This document shows positions 20,242 through 28,464 of a DNA stretch of 64,000 bases, one piece after another. The position numbers were made by a program, and so were the translations under genes. Numbering within the stretch: the stretch's first letter is position 1; the number at the start of each line of letters is the position of its first letter. Source of the DNA: an uncultured Acetatifactor sp. (GTDB taxonomy: Bacteria; Bacillota; Clostridia; Lachnospirales; Lachnospiraceae); contig CANPYT010000001.1 in NCBI GenBank assembly GCA_947588705.1, positions 65,096 through 129,095 of the forward strand, written 5' to 3'. The notes under the pieces are model-generated. The model was not told the DNA's origin and made no database searches. It saw nothing but the letters and a program-made list of their open reading frames with translations.

Positions 20242-20676
20242 TCACAGGTATTTTTGGAGATCCTTGCACAGTTCTTCCTCAATGGAGATCAGGTCTTTGC
20301 AGAGACCTTTTGAGGTCTCGTTTGCGGCCTTGTACTGATTCAGGTATTTGTGCAGGGTCTTTACGCCCATGTTGCATCCGTCCGTGACCAGGTCGGCAAT
20401 TGTGGCGTCGCTGTTGTCCATGCCGATCTTCATGTTGGTCTTCATCCAGGACATGCTTTTTGCCATGATGCTGGGGTCCTTTTCTTCCGTGTGGTGCTCC
20501 ATAAGCTGGGAATGGATCTGGTTCCCAAGCTTTTCATGGTGCTCCCGGCTTTCCCGAAGCAGGTCTTTCATGCTGGAGTCGCTGATCTTTTCCATTACTT
20601 CGTCAATGGTGGAGACCGCCATCTTGGAGCCGGAGTCACATTCTTTGAGCAGGTGGATCGTATCGTTGTTTATCAT
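20242..20676 (-). CDS. Helical-bundle hypothetical protein
   Basis: GGAGG SD and an all-helical composition. No specific family assigned. Confidence 0.55.
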   Translation of the reverse strand: MINNDTIHLLKECDSGSKMAVSTIDEVMEKISDSSMKDLLRESREHHEKLGNQIHSQLMEHHTEEKDPSIMAKSMSWMKTNMKIGMDNSDATIADLVTDGCNMGVKTLHKYLNQYKAANETSKGLCKDLISIEEELCKDLQKYL

Positions 20677-20752
20677 AATTCAAACCTCCGTTTCTTTGTC
20701 CGGAAAGCTGCCGGATCTTCTTTTTAGTGTGGCCGGAAGCGAGAGGTTTTAT

Positions 20753-20848
20753 GCGGCTGAGGGAGCGCCATCTTATGAGCAAAGATAGGCGCAAGGCGCC
20801 GGAGAGCGCGTAAGCACGGCTTTGTGAATGGCGCGGGCCGAACTGCTT
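20753..20848 (+). repeat. Intergenic palindromic repeat family, full-length copy C
   Basis: GCGGCTGAGGGAGCGCCATCTTATGAGCAAAGATAGGCGCAAGGCGCCGGAGAGCGCGTAAGCACGGCTTTGTGAATGGCGCGGGCCGAACTGCT. Confidence 0.85.
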
Positions 20849-20885
20849 TCTATAGGTATAGGCCGAACTGCTTTCTATAGGTATA
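20836..20885 (+). repeat. Perfect 25-bp tandem duplication at the right edge of repeat copy C
   Basis: GGCCGAACTGCTTTCTATAGGTATA occurs twice (20836-20860 and 20861-20885). Confidence 0.9.
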
Positions 20886-20887
20886 GA

Positions 20888-20916
20888 TTGACTTTATTGC
20901 CAAAAACAGGTATTAT
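20888..20916 (+). promoter_or_regulatory. Sigma-A-type promoter upstream of the EAL gene
   Basis: TTGACT, 17 nt, TATTAT. Confidence 0.5.
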
Positions 20917-21035
20917 TATAAAGGATGAATAAATTTTTAACGGTATGAAGGAGATTGTTTAGCCTATTTTTATATTGTTGCGATGTGATTTTTGTTTATA
21001 CCGCCGGATAGAAACCGCGGGGTGGAGATGATCAT

Positions 21036-22961
21036 ATGGGGAAAGATATCGTTCTTGATTTAGCGGCTCTTATCATAATCGTTGTATTGCTTATTTCCTG
21101 TATTTTGCGCAAAATGACGGGCAGCAGGTCAAACCGTGTGTTTCTTCTGCTTGTTCTTACGGTCGCCGCCTCCACTGTCTTTGATATCGCGGCGGTTCTG
21201 CTTGACAGGAACGTAAACGCCAATATACACGCGCTATATGCTGCCCATTTCGGGTATTCGCTCACGCATTTTCTGACGGCGCCGCTTTATCTGGTCTTCT
21301 TTATCAGTCTCGCCGATACATGGCATGTGCTGAAAAAGAGCATATTGCTAAAGGTCATGATGTTCTCCCCAACCATAATAGTGGTGGCGCTTTTCCTTAT
21401 CAATACGCATACGGGAATCTTGTTTTCTGTTGACGGCGGGTATACCCGGGGCCCTTATTATTTCCTGCTGTATGTAAATGTCTTTCTCTACGTTGTTTTT
21501 GATATCATTTTTATTTCCTGGTTTCACAAGCTGTTCAGCCTCGGCGATCTGATGGCCATTCTTTTTGTGGTTGTATTCATCATTGGATCGATGGTCGTAC
21601 AGATGCTCAATCCGGAGAATCTGGTAGAGATGTTCGTAGGCTCTGTAAGCCTGTTCCTCCTCAGTACATTTATGCAGCGGCCGGAAGAGTATGTGGATTC
21701 CTTTACGGGGCTCATGAAGCACAGCGCGTATGCCCGCGATATGAAACGCAATTATTTCAATGGCAAGCATGTGACAGTGATCATGCTGAATATCAGCAAT
21801 TATGAGTCCGTGCAGGCCATGATAGGATTTGACTCTATCATGGAGCTTTTGAAGAAGGTGGCGGAGGAAATTCATGACAGCAATAAAAGGCTCCACGGCC
21901 ATGCGGATCTGTATTATCTTGACAATGGCAGATTCCGTATCATGTTCTCGGGCAAAGACAGAGCCAGAGCGGAGGCTGTGGCGGAGGATTTAAACCGGAA
22001 GCTGAAGCAGCCCATGCACTTCAGGGGTGTTGACATCACGCTTGCGCCTTTTATCGTGATCTCGCAGTGCCCGGAAGAAATGACGGACTTTAAGATGCTC
22101 ATGGCTTTCGGCGCGGATTTCCACAAAAAGAACTATTACACAGGACGCGTTATGCGGGCAAGCGAGATGTATGATAAAAATGAACTTGATATTCAGACAA
22201 ATATCGACCTGATCATTGAGCGGGCAATCGAAAATGACAGTTTCCAGGTGTACTATCAGCCGATATATTCCCTGACAAGAGGCAAGTTTATTTCCGCGGA
22301 AGCCCTTATCCGGCTGATCGATCCGCAGCATGGCTACATCTCGCCGGAAGCCCTTATTACCGCCGCGGAAAGGAGCGGCGCCATCCATAAGATCGGTGAG
22401 ATCGTATTCGACAAGGTATGCCAGTTTATCGCGAGTGAAGAATTTAACGACCTTGGGCTTGATTATATTGAGGTGAACCTGTCGGTGGCACAGATCATGG
22501 ACAGTGACCTTCCGGATATCATTACCTCTACCATGGAGAAATATAATATCGCCCCGGATAAGATCAATCTGGAGATCACGGAGACTGCGGCCTCGTATAC
22601 ACAGAGGGTTATGATGGAAAACCTCAATAAGCTTGTAAACGCCGGATTCAGTTTTTCCCTGGATGATTACGGCACGGGCTATTCCAATATGCAGCGGGTC
22701 ATCCAGATGCCGCTGAAGCTGATAAAGCTGGACAAGTCGTTTGTGGATGAAAATAACAATCCAAAAATGTGGATCTTCCTGGAAAATACGGTTAAGATGT
22801 TAAAAGACATGAACATGGAGATCGTTATCGAGGGAGTAGAAACACAGGAAATGCTGAATGCCTTTACCGATCTGAAGTGCGATTTTGTCCAGGGATATAT
22901 CTTTTCAAAGCCTATCCCTAAAAAGGACTTTGTGACGTTTATCGCGAATGCAAATAAATAA
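21036..22961 (+). CDS. Membrane sensor protein with degenerate GGDEF and intact EAL domain (c-di-GMP phosphodiesterase)
   Basis: About 6 N-terminal TM helices. The GGDEF position reads LDNGRF. EAL motifs: ISAEALIR, LEITE, DDYGTGYSN, KLDKSF, EGVET and QGYIFSKP. Confidence 0.85.
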   Translation: MGKDIVLDLAALIIIVVLLISCILRKMTGSRSNRVFLLLVLTVAASTVFDIAAVLLDRNVNANIHALYAAHFGYSLTHFLTAPLYLVFFISLADTWHVLKKSILLKVMMFSPTIIVVALFLINTHTGILFSVDGGYTRGPYYFLLYVNVFLYVVFDIIFISWFHKLFSLGDLMAILFVVVFIIGSMVVQMLNPENLVEMFVGSVSLFLLSTFMQRPEEYVDSFTGLMKHSAYARDMKRNYFNGKHVTVIMLNISNYESVQAMIGFDSIMELLKKVAEEIHDSNKRLHGHADLYYLDNGRFRIMFSGKDRARAEAVAEDLNRKLKQPMHFRGVDITLAPFIVISQCPEEMTDFKMLMAFGADFHKKNYYTGRVMRASEMYDKNELDIQTNIDLIIERAIENDSFQVYYQPIYSLTRGKFISAEALIRLIDPQHGYISPEALITAAERSGAIHKIGEIVFDKVCQFIASEEFNDLGLDYIEVNLSVAQIMDSDLPDIITSTMEKYNIAPDKINLEITETAASYTQRVMMENLNKLVNAGFSFSLDDYGTGYSNMQRVIQMPLKLIKLDKSFVDENNNPKMWIFLENTVKMLKDMNMEIVIEGVETQEMLNAFTDLKCDFVQGYIFSKPIPKKDFVTFIANANK

Positions 22962-22963
22962 GG

Positions 22964-23022
22964 GATTTTGGGAGAGTAAGGTACATACGGTTGTGATAAA
23001 ATAAAATAGAACGGTTGGAAAC
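22964..23022 (+). repeat. Junction repeat W, copy 1 (spoIIID-like stub plus AAAATAGAACGGTTGGAAA)
   Basis: ATTTTGGGAGAGTAAGGTACATACGGTTGTGATAAAATAAAATAGAACGGTTGGAAA resembles 27872-27930. Confidence 0.55.
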
Positions 23023-23109
23023 TGCGCAGGAGACTGGGAGAGAAATCCCACAACCCAAAGGCCGCCTGATGTATGCGTAATGTGAGCACCGTTATGATTG
23101 GAAAAAATT

Positions 23110-23185
23110 GAAATGGGATGCTAAATGAGAGATGATCTGTTATACTATAATGGCAGACAGGAGGTTCGTATGAGTACGCTTGAAG
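23110..23185 (+). repeat. Antitoxin leader and first codons, copy 1 (partner at 29105-29182)
   Basis: GAAATGGGATGCTAAATGAGAGATGATCTGTTATACTATAATGG...ATGAGTACGCTTGAAG compared with GAAAATGGGGTGCTAAATGAGAGATTATCTGTTATGCTATAATGG...ATGAGTACGCTTAAAG. Confidence 0.8.
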
Positions 23186-23400
23186 CAAATATGGCATTAT
23201 TATCAACAATTCCCGAAGAAAACCAGAAAGAGATCCAAAAATATCTTCTGGTTAATTTTTGCGAAAATAACCCGTACAGGCCCCTCGGCCGTGGCGAAAT
23301 CCTCGAAGAGCTTGCAGAATCAAGGAAGTGTTACGAGAACGGCGAAGGAGAATACCTTGATACGGTTATTGATGAAATCGAGATGAAGTATGGCTTATAA
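23170..23400 (+). CDS. Type II antitoxin (partner of RelE/ParE toxin)
   Basis: 76-aa acidic protein. Overlaps the toxin start by 11 nt. GGAGG SD. Confidence 0.65.
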   Translation: MSTLEANMALLSTIPEENQKEIQKYLLVNFCENNPYRPLGRGEILEELAESRKCYENGEGEYLDTVIDEIEMKYGL

Positions 23401-23722
23401 AGTAATTATCATGCCTCCGGCCAGAAGAAGGTTGGAGATGTATATATACTATACAATAGAAACACTGAAAAACAGACCAGCCGCCAAAGCAATTCTTGCG
23501 GATGCCAGAGATACTCGTAAGCGTTTATCTCTGACGGCTGATTCTTTGCGAGTTTGTGAGAATCCCTTATTGGCAAAGCATGGTTATCGAAAGATTTATT
23601 TTGCAAAACATAGATTCCTGATGATATATCGAATACAGGATAATACGGTTATTGTGGATGGTATGTTTCACGAATTACAGGATTATGAAGGGGTTTTTAT
23701 AAATGAACTCCATCTGCAGTAG
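23390..23722 (+). CDS. RelE/ParE-family type II toxin
   Basis: 110 aa. Pattern KVIIMPPARRRL...YRKIYFAKHRFLMIYRIQDNTVIVDGMFH is typical of the RelE/ParE fold. Confidence 0.7.
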   Translation: MAYKVIIMPPARRRLEMYIYYTIETLKNRPAAKAILADARDTRKRLSLTADSLRVCENPLLAKHGYRKIYFAKHRFLMIYRIQDNTVIVDGMFHELQDYEGVFINELHLQ

Positions 23723-23779
23723 AACGTTGAACTAATGATTTTCTTATGAAAATTAGAGAAGATTAAAAGTGGTGGCAAT

Positions 23780-24055
23780 ATGATTAGGGATATGATTGTA
23801 TATATCAAAGTGAATATTAAAGAAAATTACGACAAGAAGGATTTGAAAATGTTGGCAGAGAATATAAAAGAAGAGTTGATTCGGGGATTAACCGATATTG
23901 ATCTTTATGTGGAACCGATTGACCTCACTATGACATCAGGAAAGTTAGAAAAGGATAAAGCGTATAGAGAATTTCATTTTGGGAAGAGAAGGGGCTGCCG
24001 TGTGGCAGCCCCTTCTTTCTATGTGTCTTCTTTTGTGTCTTCTTTTTCAAAATAG
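23780..24055 (+). CDS. Doubtful small ORF containing a remnant of an MNT 5' end
   Basis: The ORF runs through a strong terminator hairpin. Internal MLAENIKEELIRGLTDI matches the N-terminus of the 28135 nucleotidyltransferase (MLSEEMREELVRGLTDI). Confidence 0.25.
   Translation: MIRDMIVYIKVNIKENYDKKDLKMLAENIKEELIRGLTDIDLYVEPIDLTMTSGKLEKDKAYREFHFGKRRGCRVAAPSFYVSSFVSSFSK
23987..24016. terminator. Hairpin terminator between convergent transcription units
   Basis: AGAAGGGGCTGCC gtgt GGCAGCCCCTTCT, with a T-rich tail on the + strand. Lies directly after the stop of the XRE gene on the - strand. Confidence 0.65.
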
Positions 24056-24366
24056 GAAAAGATTGTGCGCAGCACATTGATCGCCATTTGCTTGCGTTCC
24101 AGAGGCTGGCCGTCTGTAATCTGCCGGAACTGTTCCAGGATGTTGGAGTCAGTATCCGGCACGGAATCTGCCAACATGTAATCGACAGTCACGCCCAGCC
24201 GGTTGACCAGCCTCACAAGTGTATCCAGTGTGAGGCAGCGTTCCCCGCGTTCAATGGCTCCCATATAGGTATCGGATATGTCGATATCTTCTGCAAGCAT
24301 AGCCTGAGTAAGGTGCAGCCGCAGACGTTCTTCCCGGATTCGTTTTCCCAAGTGTTTATAGTCCAT
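24019..24366 (-). CDS. XRE-family HTH transcriptional regulator
   Basis: LGKRIREERLRLHLTQAMLAEDIDISDTYMGAIERGER. Confidence 0.85.
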   Translation of the reverse strand: MDYKHLGKRIREERLRLHLTQAMLAEDIDISDTYMGAIERGERCLTLDTLVRLVNRLGVTVDYMLADSVPDTDSNILEQFRQITDGQPLERKQMAINVLRTIFSYFEKEDTKEDT

Positions 24367-24550
24367 ATTTCCTCTTATTCTGCCGCATTGGCGGCCATTT
24401 CAAAAACTGGGGCTTTGTGTGTCGGCACAAATCCCGGATTGAAAGAATTGATTTTTGGTCTTCACCTCTCATTCCATTTTATATACGGGAAGTGTTTAGA
24501 AAAAATATCTGTGAGGGGTATCCATATTGACTTATAGGGGTTATCGTGAT

Positions 24551-25318
24551 ATGATAAATAAAATATCGGATCGAAAAAAAGGAGAAAACAGGGAATTTCG
24601 GGAAAGAAGGTGTTTTCCTATCAGGCAGTACAGAAATGAGTGGAAATATGTCTGTAAACAGGGAGAGCTGGTTCGGATCGCGGAAAAGCTTTCCGGTATT
24701 TTGGAAAAAGATACATATTGCGGCAGTGACGGCAGATACGAGGTACATAGCCTGTACTTTGACCGAATCGACGATTCGTGTATGATGGATACGGACGCAG
24801 GTCTCGGCGAGAGGTGCAAATGGCGGATCCGCTGTTACGGAAATGACCGCACTGTATTCAAACTGGAACGAAAAGAAAAAAAGAACGGAAAATGCTGCAA
24901 GCAAAGCTGCTTTTTATCCCTGGATACTTTTCAGGAGATCATGGGGAAAAGGGTCAATGAAGTATTTTGGAAGACAGAGGAAATCCTTCTGAAAAAATTT
25001 TGCGTGGACGCCATGACCGGCTTATTGGAGCCGAAGGTAATCATAGACTATGAGCGGACGGCATATGTTGAGCCAGCTACCAACCTTCGCATTACATTAG
25101 ACAGAAATATCTCGGCGGCGTATGCGGTAGAAGATTTTTCTGAGGGCGGTTATATCCGTTATCCTGTACAGGAAAAGGAGAAACACGTCCTGGAAGTTAA
25201 ATTTGACCATATCCTTCCGGGATACATTAAGAGCATTACAAATGACGGTTCGCTTATCCAAACATCCTTTTCGAAGTATTATCTTGGCAGGATGAGATTA
25301 AAAAATATGGGCAGATAA
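24551..25318 (+). CDS. VTC-domain (triphosphate-tunnel, polyphosphate-polymerase-like) protein
   Basis: Ordered tunnel signature: RNEWKY, KWRIRCY, KLERKEKK, ERTAYVE, LRITLDRN and VLEVKF. Confidence 0.7.
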   Translation: MINKISDRKKGENREFRERRCFPIRQYRNEWKYVCKQGELVRIAEKLSGILEKDTYCGSDGRYEVHSLYFDRIDDSCMMDTDAGLGERCKWRIRCYGNDRTVFKLERKEKKNGKCCKQSCFLSLDTFQEIMGKRVNEVFWKTEEILLKKFCVDAMTGLLEPKVIIDYERTAYVEPATNLRITLDRNISAAYAVEDFSEGGYIRYPVQEKEKHVLEVKFDHILPGYIKSITNDGSLIQTSFSKYYLGRMRLKNMGR

Positions 25319-25430
25319 GTCTGGCAGGCCCAACGGAAGGAGAAAAAGCTCGCCGCAGATCCTGCCATGCGCAAAAGCGGAGCGGAGGCAATTGTCATGT
25401 GCAGAGAACAGCGCAGAAATGGAGAGAAAA

Positions 25431-26102
25431 ATGAACATAATACCAAGAATTTTCAATAATATAGCCGGTACCTATGAAAATCCGATTATCGATGCGACAA
25501 CGACCGTCTCCGTATTGACGGTGGTGCTCCTTTTAGCGCTGTACGAATTTTTGATATACCGGATCGTGTCTCACCGATCCTTTTTCAATAAGTCTTTCAA
25601 CATCTGCATAGCGATCCTTCCGTTTTTTATCGCCACGATCATTCTTTGCCTGCAATCGAATGTTGTTATCACACTGGGCACGATTGGGGCGCTTGCCATC
25701 ATCCGATTCCGCACTGCCGTGAAAGATCCGGTGGACATGCTGTATATCCTGTGGTCGGTCTATATCGGAATCGTGTGCGGCTGCCAGCTCTATGAAGTGG
25801 CGGTTCTCACATCCCTTGTGGTCACAGTGTTTTTGATCCTTTTAAACAGGGTATCCCTCGGAAAAGCGCCGTTTCTGCTGGTACTGCACTGCAGGCCGGA
25901 GCAGGAGGATGAGGTCTTTCAGGAGATAAAGGCCCAATGTAGGAAATACCGTGTGAAAAGCAGAAATTATACGTCTCGGGGAATGGATTATGTCATAGAA
26001 TTTTCCGTGAAGGCGCCGGAAAAATTAGCGCAGGGGCTCAGGGAAAAAGAAGTGGAACGCTTTTCCATCATAAGCTATGACGGCGAGGATGTGATCGGAT
26101 GA
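25431..26102 (+). CDS. DUF4956-like multi-pass membrane protein
   Basis: 4-5 predicted TM helices followed by a charged soluble tail. The stop overlaps the next start (ATGA). Confidence 0.6.
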   Translation: MNIIPRIFNNIAGTYENPIIDATTTVSVLTVVLLLALYEFLIYRIVSHRSFFNKSFNICIAILPFFIATIILCLQSNVVITLGTIGALAIIRFRTAVKDPVDMLYILWSVYIGIVCGCQLYEVAVLTSLVVTVFLILLNRVSLGKAPFLLVLHCRPEQEDEVFQEIKAQCRKYRVKSRNYTSRGMDYVIEFSVKAPEKLAQGLREKEVERFSIISYDGEDVIG

Positions 26103-27745
26103 TGAATGCGAAAAAAAGATTGCGTATCCTTCTCCTGGCCGTCTCCGCGGGAGCCCTTTTCTGGCTGCTGTCCTTTCGGGGGTCTGCCGTGCAGTTCTCT
26201 GAACTGGCCGTTACGGCGGCGCAGTTTGATCAGCTCCGGTCGCAGTATGCGGATACGGAAAAGAACCTGATCAATGGGATCTGGTTTGGAGAGGAGGAAC
26301 TGTTTTTTGATCCTGTATCCGACACTTATTATTATTCCCTGCCGGAAGGAGATCCCGACGCTTTTGATCCGCAGGTAAGGATAAGGTCTCAATATCGTAA
26401 TGTGTCGATCGCTGTACTGGAGGGAAACATGACCAGGGATAGTATCGCGCAGGATGCGGTGACGGAGATGATAGCGTATGACGGGAGCGTCAGCAGAATC
26501 TATCATTTGAAATGCACAACGCTGCCTTTGCTGAACATTTCAACGGAAAATTCGGAGGAGATTTCAGAAAGTGCCGTGCCAATGGAACTGACGCTCTTTG
26601 ACAACCGCAGAGGTGCGCCAAACAGGGTTACCTGTTCCGACGGATATATCCATGTCAGGGGAGGTACGACGAAAGTCTTTCCAAAACTTGGCTATCGGAT
26701 TTCACTGACACAGGTGTCGCTTGGGGAGAATAAACGCCCCAACGATATTTCGCTGTTAGGGATGAGGAAGGACGATGACTGGATCTTATATGCCGGGTAT
26801 AACGATCAGGAAAAAATACGTAATGTCTTTTCTTCAAATCTGTGGCAGTATTCCTGTGCCGTGGATAACAAAAAGAAAGTCAATACGGGCATGGAGTACA
26901 GGTATCTGGAACTTTTTGTGAATAACCGATACTGGGGGCTGTATGCGATAGGATATCCGATAGATGAAAAACAGCTTAATTTTGATGCGGACAGTTATGA
27001 TACCGCACTCTTCAAGAAAGTGTCCTGGGCCCTCGAAAGTGATTTTGTGCCAGGCAGCGCGGTGATGCAGGGATATCGGCTGGCATCGGCAGCCGACCCG
27101 CAAAAGGAGGAGCTGATTACAAGAAAGTGGGATTTATTGATCGATTATTATGAAAATCTTACAGCCAACGTATATGACAATGAGATGCTGTATAAGGGAA
27201 TCGATATTGACAATGCTGTCGATGCCTATCTTTTCTTTAATTTGATCCAGGGGTCGGATAATGTTGACAATGCCAGGATAAAAAATGTATATCTTGCAGT
27301 GGAGCGGAGCGCGGATCGGATCATGGCCCTGTACTGCCCGTGGGATATGGACATGTCATGGGGCAACTACTGGTCCCATGGAGGGAAAAATCTGACAGTG
27401 CCGTATGGATGGAGCGCTGCGGAAAACTGTTACCTTGGGAGCGGTTATTTTGGGCAGCTGTGTTCCAATCAGGATCCCGAAATCTGGAACTATGTCTATG
27501 AAAAATATGAAGAACTGCGGAGGACCGCATGGTCGGATGAAAATATTGCAAAACTTTTGGACGAATATGAAGAAGATATTTTTTCTTCCGGGGCCTATTT
27601 GCGGGACAGTGAAAGATGGCCGGAAGGCACTTACGCCGACAACGCCCAGGGGCTGGACGTGTTCAGGAAATATGTGGCGGACAGATTAGCGGTGATGGAT
27701 TCCTATTACAAGAAATCTGTTCCCGCAACGCATATCTCCCCCTGA
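26099..27745 (+). CDS. CotH-family atypical kinase, N-terminally anchored or exported
   Basis: Leader KKRLRILLLAVSAGALFWLLSF. CotH-like blocks YLELFVNNRYWGLYAIGYP and ALYCPWDMDMSWG. Confidence 0.7.
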   Translation: MMNAKKRLRILLLAVSAGALFWLLSFRGSAVQFSELAVTAAQFDQLRSQYADTEKNLINGIWFGEEELFFDPVSDTYYYSLPEGDPDAFDPQVRIRSQYRNVSIAVLEGNMTRDSIAQDAVTEMIAYDGSVSRIYHLKCTTLPLLNISTENSEEISESAVPMELTLFDNRRGAPNRVTCSDGYIHVRGGTTKVFPKLGYRISLTQVSLGENKRPNDISLLGMRKDDDWILYAGYNDQEKIRNVFSSNLWQYSCAVDNKKKVNTGMEYRYLELFVNNRYWGLYAIGYPIDEKQLNFDADSYDTALFKKVSWALESDFVPGSAVMQGYRLASAADPQKEELITRKWDLLIDYYENLTANVYDNEMLYKGIDIDNAVDAYLFFNLIQGSDNVDNARIKNVYLAVERSADRIMALYCPWDMDMSWGNYWSHGGKNLTVPYGWSAAENCYLGSGYFGQLCSNQDPEIWNYVYEKYEELRRTAWSDENIAKLLDEYEEDIFSSGAYLRDSERWPEGTYADNAQGLDVFRKYVADRLAVMDSYYKKSVPATHISP

Positions 27746-27900
27746 CCCCTCATAAGATGTAAAAAACATTCTTAAGGGCATCCCTATGAAAGAATATATT
27801 GAGGAGCGGGCTATCAGTATTGCCAATTATATCATTGACAGTAATGCCACGGTTCGTCAGACGGCGAAAAATTTTGGAGTGAGTAAGAGTACGGTACATA
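27588..27900 (+). repeat. 313-bp direct repeat, copy 1 (cotH 3' end, 40-nt spacer, spoIIID codons 1-38)
   Basis: Aligns base-for-base with 29191-29503 at an offset of 1603. I see only 2 mismatches (27608 a/t; 27881 g/a). Confidence 0.9.
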
Positions 27901-27917
27901 TGGTCGTAACAAAATAG
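27786..27917 (+). pseudogene. spoIIID: Truncated spoIIID copy (38 native codons plus MVVTK and a stop)
   Basis: Matches the 5' end of the intact gene at 29389 (1 mismatch, 27881 g/a) up to ...GVSKSTVH, then diverges at 27901. Confidence 0.85.
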
Positions 27918-27930
27918 AACGGTTCGGAAA
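27872..27930 (+). repeat. Junction repeat W, copy 2 (end of truncated spoIIID plus AAAATAGAACGGTTCGGAAA)
   Basis: ATTTTGGAGTGAGTAAGAGTACGGTACATATGGTCGTAACAAAATAGAACGGTTCGGAAA. Confidence 0.55.
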
Positions 27931-27997
27931 GGGCGTATGGGTGGTAAGGTAAATATTGCAGATTGCAGGTGAAAGCGATTGCATCAGATGTGTAAGG

Positions 27998-28042
27998 GCA
28001 TCGGGAAAACGAAAGGGTTTCCCGGTGCTCTTTTTTGTTTTT
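27998..28042 (+). terminator. Rho-independent terminator
   Basis: GCATCGGGAAAAC gaaa GGGTTTCCCGGTGC followed by TCTTTTTTGTTTTT. Confidence 0.75.
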
Positions 28043-28046
28043 GATA

Positions 28047-28075
28047 TTGTGAAGCGGAAGGATTGAGGGTATAAT
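28047..28075 (+). promoter_or_regulatory. Sigma-A-type promoter of the MNT-HEPN cassette
   Basis: TTGTGA, 17 nt, TATAAT. Confidence 0.5.
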
Positions 28076-28134
28076 TTAATTAGTAATATATAGATTAATT
28101 CATGAAAAGAGACGGCTTCAGGAGGTATTCTGTA

Positions 28135-28464
28135 ATGTTATCCGAGGAAATGAGAGAAGAATTGGTGCGTGGATTGACAGATATCTTTCAAAATAATATT
28201 TCCATGATCATTTTATATGGTTCGGCGGCAAGGAATGAAGCAACGATCGAGAGCGATGTTGATGTTGCGATCATTGTGAAAGATTCGATGGACAATGACA
28301 CAAAAAGCCGCTTCGTTAGATGGGTTGCCAATATGGATCTACGTTATGAAAGAGTATTTTCCATTGTGGATATACAAGAAAGCAATCTGATGAAATGGGA
28401 AAAGGTACTGCCATTTTATCAGAATATTCGTAAGGAGGGAATCGTCCTGTGGAAGGCAGCTTAA
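28135..28464 (+). CDS. Nucleotidyltransferase-domain protein (MNT-type TA component)
   Basis: ILYGSAARNEAT..SDVDVAIIV minimal NTase motif. AGGAGG SD. Confidence 0.8.
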   Translation: MLSEEMREELVRGLTDIFQNNISMIILYGSAARNEATIESDVDVAIIVKDSMDNDTKSRFVRWVANMDLRYERVFSIVDIQESNLMKWEKVLPFYQNIRKEGIVLWKAA

